This document shows positions 55,441-64,000 of a DNA stretch of 64,000 bases, one piece after another (the stretch's first letter is position 1; each line of letters starts with the position of its first letter). This stretch comes from Dendrobates tinctorius. Taxonomy: Eukaryota. The stretch lies in the NCBI RefSeq assembly GCF_039654945.1, contig NW_027361957.1:1302001-1366000 (forward strand), in the 5' to 3' direction. The notes below the pieces were generated by a model. It was not told where the DNA came from. It did no database searches and saw only the letters and a program-made list of their open reading frames with translations. The position numbers were made by a program, and so were the translations under genes.

Positions 55441-55716
55441 ATACTTCTTTGATGTTCTTTTAAATCAAGTAGTTAAATAACACAAAGTGATTAATAACTA
55501 GCATTTCTCATATGTCTACTTTACATTAGCATCATTTTTTAAACATATTTCTTTTGTTAGGAAGTTAGAAGGGTTAAAATTTTATAAGCAATTTTCTATT
55601 TTTCCCACAAAATTACCAAAACTTATTTTTTTAGATGATCGAAAATACCCAAAGGTAACATTTTAAAATCTGCATCCCTCAAGGTACTCAAACACATTCA
55701 AGAAGGTTTATTAATC

Positions 55717-56391
55717 GATCAGGGAGACCTGCACTGAAGGGCTAAATAGAGGCTGCCAAATGGACAATTCTAGGTCATATGCACCACTTAAATAAATGAA
55801 ATGCCGGTACCGCAATAATGCAAAGATAAATACAACGTACTTATGCACATAAAAAATGATAATAGCATAAAATAATCCTGAATCAGACAGGAAAGCACTC
55901 ACCAAAAGAAATGATGATGACGTGAGTTGCAGAGGATGATTAGCATGAACGTGGTGCCAGTGCTGGCCTGGAAGTGTAAAGCTGCAAGGAGAAATGAGCT
56001 GAGCATGCTCTGTGATGAGCAGAGGTGTAAGCTGCAGCAGCTGTGGCAGTTACATACCAAAAGTGGTAGCCTAGGCACAATGAAGAGCGGTATTGCCGTA
56101 AAAGATCCGTGCACAATGGGCGTTCTTCCAGATAAGGAGCATGTGCGCGAGGCACAGGGAAGGAAAGGAGGTGAGGGAAGCGGGAAAGGGAAAGCTCCGG
56201 CCGGTAGCGTCTCTAGAAACCCGCTTGGAGACGGCCGCCCAAGAGTACCTAAGCGTGTGACGTCACAGCCTGTACAGGGCAATGTGCAGGCCAAAATGCT
56301 AACCATCGCGTTTCGAAGGCACAGTCAGACTTCTTCATCAGGACCCATTTGGCAGCCTCTGCTTAGCCCTTCAGCACAGGTCTCCCTGATC
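55717..56391. mobile_element. ~675-bp element bounded by 47-bp inverted repeats with a hammerhead-like motif (possibly Penelope-derived)
   Basis: IRs 55717-55763 and 56345-56391; minus-strand CUGAUGA-A-GAAG..CUUC-GAAACGCG at 56307-56341. Confidence 0.55.
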
Positions 56392-56559
56392 ATTTTACCA
56401 TTGTTTTTAATTGCGGGCTGACACGGACCCGCATTTGATCTAGCAGCTGGGGTATTATTAGTGTTAAAATTTTGGGTAAGCGCTTGTGTGATTTTTTTGT
56501 TTATTTACAAAAGGTTTATTAATCATTTAGATGCATCACACAATTAAAGCAATGTGCAA

Positions 56560-57885
56560 GGAAAAAATGAAAATTTTACTTTTTCTGACAAAAATGTTGC
56601 TTTGTCCCCAAATTTTTCACTTTTGCAAGGGTAATAGTAGAAAATGGACTATATATTATAAGTACACAGATGCCCTATATATGATGGAAAACTATTGTTA
56701 GGGCACATGCAGGGCTCGAAAGGGAAGGAGCACAATTTGACTTTTGGAAAGTAAAATTGGCTGGAATAGTTTGCAGAACCCCTGATTAGCATAAACAGAG
56801 GAATCCCCCAACAAGTGACCCATTTTTTAAACTACATCACTCAAAGATTTTATCTAGGTATGTGGTGAGTACTTTAAACTCACAGGTGCTACACATCATT
56901 TTATATCATTGAGCCTTGAAAATGGAAACATACATTTTTTCCATAAAATGTTTTTTTGTTGCCCCACATATTTTATTTTCACAAGGATAACAGGAGAAAA
57001 TTGATCATTTAATTTGTTGTGCAATTTCTCCTGAGTACATCGACACAACATATGAGGTGGCAAACCACTGTTTGGGCTCACAGCAGGGCTTGGTAGGGAA
57101 GCAGCACTATTTGACTTTTGGAGTTAAAAGTTGTCTGAAATGGATAGCGGACACCATATTGTGTTTGCAGAGGCGCTGATGTGCCTGAACAGTGGAAGCC
57201 CCCACAAATTACCACATTTTGAAAACTACACTTCTCAAGGAATTTATCTAGACAAGAGATGAGCACTTTGAACTCACAGGTGCTTCATATAATTTTATAA
57301 CGTTGAACAATGAAAATGGAAAGATAAATTTTTACCATAAAATTTTGCTTTTGCCCCAAATTTTTAATTTTCACAAGAATAAAAGGAGTAAATTGACCAT
57401 ACAATTTGGTGTCTAAGGTCTCTGTGTAAACCCATGCCCCATTTGTAGAAAGCTACTGTTTGGAAAGGAAACCACACCATTTGACTTTTGGAGTGCAAAA
57501 TTGTCTGGAATAGTTAGAGGACGAATGTCATGTTTGCAGAGCCCCTAATGTGCCTAAAAAGTGGAACCCCCCTCACAAGTAACCTATTTTGGAAACTACA
57601 CTCCTCAAGGAATTTACGTAGAGGGGTGGTGAGCACCTTAAACCCAAAGGTGCCTCACATAATCTTATAACGTTGCGTTGTGAAAATAGAAAAATATATT
57701 TTATCAAAAAATGTTTTAGCCCCATATTTTTCATATTCACAAAGGAAGAGGAGAAAATGGATCATAGAATGTGTTGTGCAATTTCTATTAAGCAAGCCGA
57801 TAACCAATATTTTGTTGAAACTGTTATTTTGGCGCACAACAGGACTCAGGAAGAAAGGAGCACTATTTAACTACCAGAGTGCAAA
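56560..57885. repeat. Degenerate ~360-390-bp tandem repeat (about 3.5 units), probably internal to a DNA transposon
   Basis: TTTGACTTTTGGA and CCCCACAA..CCCATTTT.GAAACTAC motifs recur; a related unit lies in reverse at 5040-5140. Confidence 0.7.
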
Positions 57886-57887
57886 AT

Positions 57888-58014
57888 TATTATTAATTAT
57901 ACTAATAATTTTTATTTATATAGCACTAACAAATTCTGAAGCACTTTACAATTAAGGAGGGACATATGCAGACAATGAAAACAATACAATGTAATACTTT
58001 TGGACAGTTACAGG
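57888..58014 (-). mobile_element. L2/SINE-type 3' tail fragment
   Basis: Reverse of TGTAAAGTGCT..TTAGTGCTATATAAATAAAAA(TAA)n, as in the SINE tail at ~9980-10030. Confidence 0.6.
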
Positions 58015-59998
58015 AGGGGCGTGTCCTGCTGGTGGATGGGGTGAGACATCCATTGCAGAGCTCCTAGGGACTTCTGAAGAAGCGATGATTTAAAGCGACT
58101 ATCTGGAGGCATCCAGTACTGGAAAATCCTTCCTTGGACTTCAGGCGTCCCCTGGACCGTGGGGATATTTCCCTATATTCACCTATTTAATGGAATATAG
58201 AAGAACAGGATTGCGGCCTGCAGTGAGGAAGCAGCGGTGAAGCCTGAGTCTCCGGTGATCCGGAGCACATAACAAGTCACCCTGTTTTAATGAGGTCAGA
58301 CTGACTGGAAGAGGCCTCCTCCTAGCCTACAAGATCCGGACTCCCTCCTTGAATAACTTGAGATCCTGCAAGTCAGGTTTTGCGACTTATCTAAGTTGTT
58401 TTAAGAGAAAATCATCGGCGGTGGGGGGAGCTAGGGGATCTGGCTCCTGAACGACAACCGCTGCTAAATCCAGAACCCGCTGTGAACTTCAGCTTGCTAC
58501 GTGTACCTGCAGTTTAAGACTGCACGGGAGCCTGTTCCCTTGGATCTGGACTATCCCTCTGAACAATTCAAGACCGGGCACGCCGAGATCTGGTGAGTTT
58601 TCAGAAAGTTCTACACTAAAATCATCGGCGGTGTCAGGAGAGGAGGAGCCGATTTTTTGTACCGGCTCATATACGACAACCGAGGCTGCTTCTTGGATCC
58701 GCTATGGATTTTTGGTTGTAACGGACATCTATGTTGGTAGATCACTCGGGAGCCTGTCCCTTTGGGTCTGAACAACCCATGGGAGAGATTTAAGACTGGG
58801 CACGCCGAGAACTGGTGAGTTTTCGGAAAGTTATACATTAAAATCATCGGCGGTGTCAGGAGCTGGAGGAACCGGTTCTTTGTACCGGCTCTTAAACGAA
58901 GGCAGTGGCTGTTTCTTGGATCCGCCATATTTCCTGGGCAACCACGGGCATCTGCAACTCTGGTTCCAACGGAAGCCTGCTTATCCGAATAAAGATCATC
59001 TCCCTAAACAATTTAAGACCAGGCACTTCGAGATCCTTTAAATATTCAAAAAGTTCTTTGCTAAAATCATCGGTGGGGTAGGAGCTGCAGGAGCCAATTC
59101 ATAGCTGTGGCCGCCGCCCCCTAGATCCGCAGCTGAAGTTTGAAAACAGTGGACATCCCCGACTTTGAATCAGGTGAGTGCCTGTTTCATTGAACTTGGA
59201 CCTTCCCCCCGAGTGTTTTGAGCTTGGGCACGCCAGGCTCCACCGATTTCTCGGAGAGTTCTTTATTAAAGCCATCGGTGGTGGGAGGTACTGAGAGAGC
59301 CAGTTCTTGACTGTCGGCGGCTGCTGTTTCGAGACCCGCCATGAGTTTCTGCTGCAGCGACCACCTGTGGATTATTACTGTGGATCTGACCGGTTCCTCT
59401 GGGCTCTTTGGAGACAGGGGTGCCGGGTTTGATTCACTCTTGGTGAGAAACAGATTGAAATCGTTGGCGGTGGAGGCTCTTGTGGGAACTGGCTCTTGAG
59501 CCATAGCTACACCGGATACGCAATTTTTTTTATGTTTATTGTGGATATATGCTATTCTGAATTAGGAGGGATACCTTTCAAGAATTGGGGCCTTCTGCTA
59601 TGGGGTTTGGGATTTGATTCTCAGGAAAATCATTACAGTCCTTAGTTGTGGGGAATTGTTTTCTCTAAATGAGAAAATTTTCAGGGTCATTGCATTTATT
59701 GATACTATTTGTGACCTTGAGTCTTAGGTTGTGCCAGGGACTAAGCAGATTATTTTAGACTAATTTTATGTTGGATACTTCTCTTTTCGGTTGGGATTTA
59801 TAAAAGTACTATTTTCTCCCACATAGGTTAATCAATATTGTATTTGGCTCATACTTGTTTCTAAAAAGCTTTGGTCTATAGATTCATATTCTTTGAACCA
59901 TTTTATTTTAAAATTGAGGAGCTTCCAGGTAGAGTAAAACGATTTTTTTTGCTTATTTGGGAGTTTTTTTTTCAACACTGCTGTTTGATAATTTTAAA

Positions 59999-61000
59999 AT
60001 GAGTCAAAGAAATACTAAACTGAAGCAACAAAGAGACAAATCTAGATCAAGGACAGACACTACTAAATTAGATGAGGCTGTACTTGTTAACCCCCTTCTT
60101 CCCCGAAATCTCCTAGAATTTCAATTGATCAAAAAGGAGATGTGAATGCGTTACTGCTACAAGAGCTTGAAAGTATTCAGATAGAGATGGATATCTCAGC
60201 TGCCAGTAAACAAACTAAAAGAAAAGGGGGTAATAAGGGAGGTAAATCCATTTTATCTGAATCTGATGAAGAGTTTTATGAAACTTCTCCTTCTGAAAGT
60301 CCTGATAAAAGCAGACCCAGGTTGGAAAAAAACAATCCACAGGAAGATGACTCAGTAAAATCTCTTAAAGAGCTAATTGTGGCCATGGATAAAAAATTAG
60401 AACTTACTCTTAGTAAGCATACTGAGCTTTTACAGACTAATTTAAAGGTGATGAATACCAGAATTGATAAAAATGAAAAAAAGATAGAGACTTTGGATCG
60501 TAGCAGAAGGAATAATATTAAAATAAGGGGTATCTCGGAAAAAATAACTCAAAATAATCTACAAAATTATGTCAAAGAACTTTTGATAAAAATTTTACCC
60601 TCTGTCCCGGATATGGAATTAATGATAGACAGGATCCATAGACACCCCCGCCCACAATCTGTACCATCTGAACTTCCTAGGGACACAATTTTGAGGTTCC
60701 ATTTTTTCTCAACTAAAGAAAAGCTTCTAAACTATCTTAAAATTAATAAGCAGTTTCCTCAACCATTTGACCATATTAAAATATTTGCTGATCTCTCTAA
60801 AGAGACAATCCAATTAAGGAAAAACTTTAATGAGATCACTACACTTCTACGAAAAAAAGGGATATTATACAGGTGGGGTTTCCCAGTTAAACTCCTGATT
60901 AATCATGAGGGAAGAGTTGTTTCAATTCTTTCTGTCAAAGAGGGTATGTCCTTTATTGCAATGCTGAATAAAGAAGGGGGACCGCCGTGGATGAATGCAA
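59999..61000 (+). pseudogene. L1 ORF1p (coiled coil, RRM, CTD), frameshifted near the start
   Basis: DRSRRNNIKIRGISE, IDRIHR, PRDTILRFH, IFADLS, YRWGFP. Confidence 0.88.
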
Positions 61001-61171
61001 GGATGTATATTTTGTTATGTCTCCATATTTTAACATGCAGAGGCCCTGATAGGCTTTCACAAACTTTCCCAGTTTAGGAAGTGTATCTGCAAGTTGCAGA
61101 GTCTTCCTCTTTATTTGTATTTTGTATTTTACATCTTTTGTACTTTTGTATTGTTTGTATTGTTTATATTT

Positions 61172-64000
61172 ATGGTTAAGATTTTATCGTTTAATGTGAG
61201 AGGGTTAAATAGCCCAGTCAAAAGGTATTATACATGGAGGGAGATTAGAAACAGTAAGGCGGATGTTATTTGCCTTCAAGAGGTTAAGTTGGCTAAGGTA
61301 GGGCATCCCAAGATCGAAAACAAAAACTTTCCACATATTTTTAAATCTTTAAACGAGAAGAAAAAGGCAGGAGTACTTATTTTAATTAGAAACACAGTCG
61401 CATTTGAACTCATCAGCGAATACTCTGACTCTGCAGGAAGGTACTTAATTTTAATTTGCTTGATTGATAATCATCTTACTACAATAGTAAATATTTACGC
61501 GCCCAGTGATGGGCAAATGCGTTTTTTTAACGATCTAGACAAAAAAATTGAAGAGATTAAAAAAGGCACCACTGTTCTAATTGGAGATTTCAATATTGTC
61601 CCAAATGGCTTAATTGATTCAACATCTCCCACTAGGTCTTCATTTCCGGAGCTTAAACAATGGCTTAGTAATCACGAATATCTTGATGTCTTTGGATGTT
61701 TGAACACATCTTCTCGAGAATACACCCATTTTTCTGAAGCACATAAGACCTTTTCCAGGATCGACCTTTTTTGACAGATTCTCTTTCAATTTCAAAGTTT
61801 TAAAAGATAGAGATTCTACCCAGATCTTTCTCAGACCATTCCCCGATTGTTGCCGAGGTAATTTTGGGAAGTTGGACTAAACCATGCTTTTTATGGAAGT
61901 GTGATTCTACGCTTTTTTTTAATCCAAACTCAAAAAAAGAAATTGAAATAGCTCTAAAAAATTATTTTGCAGAAAATGACATTAACAATATGAGTCCTTT
62001 TACGATTTGGAACGCTCATAAAGCGGTAATTAGAGGGGTCATGATCTATTTGACTTCTTCCAAGAAAAAGCAAAATAGGGAAAAAAGTTACAAATTACAA
62101 TTGGATCTTAAAAATAAAGAAGAAATTTTGCAGAAATCATCTTTACCCCCACCTAATATCCATTCAGAAATTCTTCAATTAAGATTGGAATTAAGGTCAG
62201 CTTTATTCAACGAATATGATAAGTTTGCTAAGTCCATGAAATCTAATTATTACTCGTCATTCAATAAGCCAACAAAACTTATGGCCCAAAAATTTAGAGC
62301 AATGAGAATTAAAAGTAAAATAAATAAAATAAAACACAATGGATCTCTCTTAGAACACCCTAAAAAAATTGTTGATGCTTTTGCAACTTATTATTCCTCG
62401 ATTTATAAACTTAAATTTAACACAGATATTCCACAACCCGATAGTATGGAGATAGATCATTTCCTTTCCCCTTTGGATCTACCAAAAATTAGCCAGCAGC
62501 AATTGACTAGTCTTGAAGCTCCATTTTCAGCGTTTGAGGTTATGGAAGCCATCAAGTCACTTAAAAAGAAAAAATCACCTGGCCCTGATGGTTACTCCAA
62601 CGAGTACTACCAAGCCTTTACCTCTCTTTTATCTCCATATTTATCACTAATGTTTAACGAAGCGATTCGGGTTGGTGAATTTCCACCTGAGATGCTACGA
62701 GCCAACATAACTGTAATACCTAAACCTAAAGGAGATTTAGAGTTGGTAAAAAACTACAGGCCTATTTCCTTAATAAACACGGATGTAAAAATCTTTTCAA
62801 AAATTATAGAAAGTAGGTTAAAGAAAATTCTCCCCGATATAATTCACAAAGACCAACTTGGCTTTATTGAAGGACGTCAGACTAGTGATGGCACAAGGAG
62901 AACTTTTAATATTATAAATTTTATCAAAAAAAAGAAGATACCCTCTCTCCTCCTAGCTCTCGATGTCGAAAAGGCGTTCGATAGAGTTAGTTGGGATTTT
63001 TTAGTGGTCACTTTAAGAAAATTCGGTTATAATGATAATGTAATAAAAATGATTATGGCATTGTATACCTCTCCATCTGCAACGGTTTATGCTATTAACC
63101 ATATTTCTAAACAGATTTTAATCACTAATGGGACTAGACAGGGGTGTCCTCTGTCTCCCCTTTTATTTGCTTTGGTAATGGAACCGCTTGCAGAGACTAT
63201 TAGAATCAAAAAAGAGGTACAGGGGATTCAAATAGGTGATAATCAGCTTAAAATAGGCCTTTTTGCAGATGACGTAATTCTCAGTTTGTCGGATCCATTG
63301 AATTCTATAAAAGCTGTTCTGCCAATTTTTGAAAGCTTTTCTAGGGCTTCTTACTATAAAATAAATGAGGCTAAATCCAAGATTTTAGATTTTTTTTAAA
63401 CGACTCAACTGTTTTGGGTATTAAAGGTATTTCCCAGTTTGAATGGGAAAAAGAGGCCATCTTGTATTTGGGCGTTTCAATTACTAGGGACTTTCGAAAG
63501 ACGGTGGAGCTTAATATGCAAAATATAACTAAAATTACACAAAACGAGTTAAATAGTTATTCAAAACATGAGATTTCCTGGTTAGGAAGAATCGTTCTAT
63601 TCAAATTATTTACTTTACCGAAACTCCTTTATATTTTTAGAACAATCCCACTTTTCATTCCTTTGAATTATTTGAGAAAGCTACAAACTATTATTAACAA
63701 ATTTATCTGGAATGGAAAAAGAGCCAGGGTGGCTTCTCATATATTAATGAGAAGTAAACAGGACGGCGGATTAGCTCTTCCCAATTTAGTTAACTACTAT
63801 TATTCTAGTTTGATTAAACAATCCCTTTTTTGGATTAATACACATAATATCCCAGCATGGGTAGAAATTGAGAGATTTCAAGTAAAAAATATTCCGTTGC
63901 TAAGGTCGATCTTGGATTGTCTCACGTCTTCAACTCCAATGCAATAAGATTCCCCAACAATCTCAGCTACTTTGGTAGCATGGAAACAATTGGCTAAGCC
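61172..64000 (+). pseudogene. L1 ORF2p (APE endonuclease plus reverse transcriptase), frameshifts at ~61770 and ~63395
   Basis: SFNVRGLN, CLQE, GDFN, SRID, SDHSP; KSPGPDG, YRPISLIN, DVEKAFDRV, GTRQGCPLSPLLF, LFADD. Confidence 0.93.

Larger units (their letters stand above)
55071..55450. mobile_element. Hammerhead retrozyme-like (satellite-2-like) unit, permuted and partly inverted
   Basis: The minus segment 55071-55224 and plus segment 55224-55450 overlap at both ends, giving a circular monomer of about 317 nt. Confidence 0.7.
58015..64000 (+). mobile_element. L1 LINE with apparently complete 5' end (~2-kb 5' UTR, ORF1, ORF2), running off the window
   Basis: GC-rich start, repeated UTR, ORF1 and ORF2 in tandem. 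Confidence 0.9.

Overview
Eukaryotic, transposon-dense vertebrate DNA; the repeat repertoire suggests an anuran amphibian (inference). Most of the window is nested mobile elements: a large ZBED/hAT transposase pseudo-element, several non-autonomous hAT and PIF/Harbinger MITEs, three Tc1 elements, a Chapaev3-type element, a non-autonomous Helitron, piggyBac-like TTAA elements, sushi/Tf1-type Gypsy chromoviruses (one nested in another, inside a Tc1), solo/collapsed LTRs, and L1, L2, CR1, Penelope and SINE copies. Three phase-compatible minus-strand exons (22365-22458, 10624-10652, 10431-10435) appear to encode the C-terminus of an unidentified host gene. Highlights: (i) two copies of a 3.1-3.5 kb hAT-bounded giant palindrome, with arm-to-arm sequence homogenisation, internal satellites and promoter-like motifs; (ii) a permuted ~320-nt hammerhead retrozyme-like unit with octamer/SPH-like snRNA-promoter motifs and a CTCF-like site; (iii) two further hammerhead-like motifs, one in a Penelope fragment; (iv) direct sequence evidence of tRNA-independent self-priming in both Gypsy elements. 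Coordinates were read by eye and may be off by a few bases.
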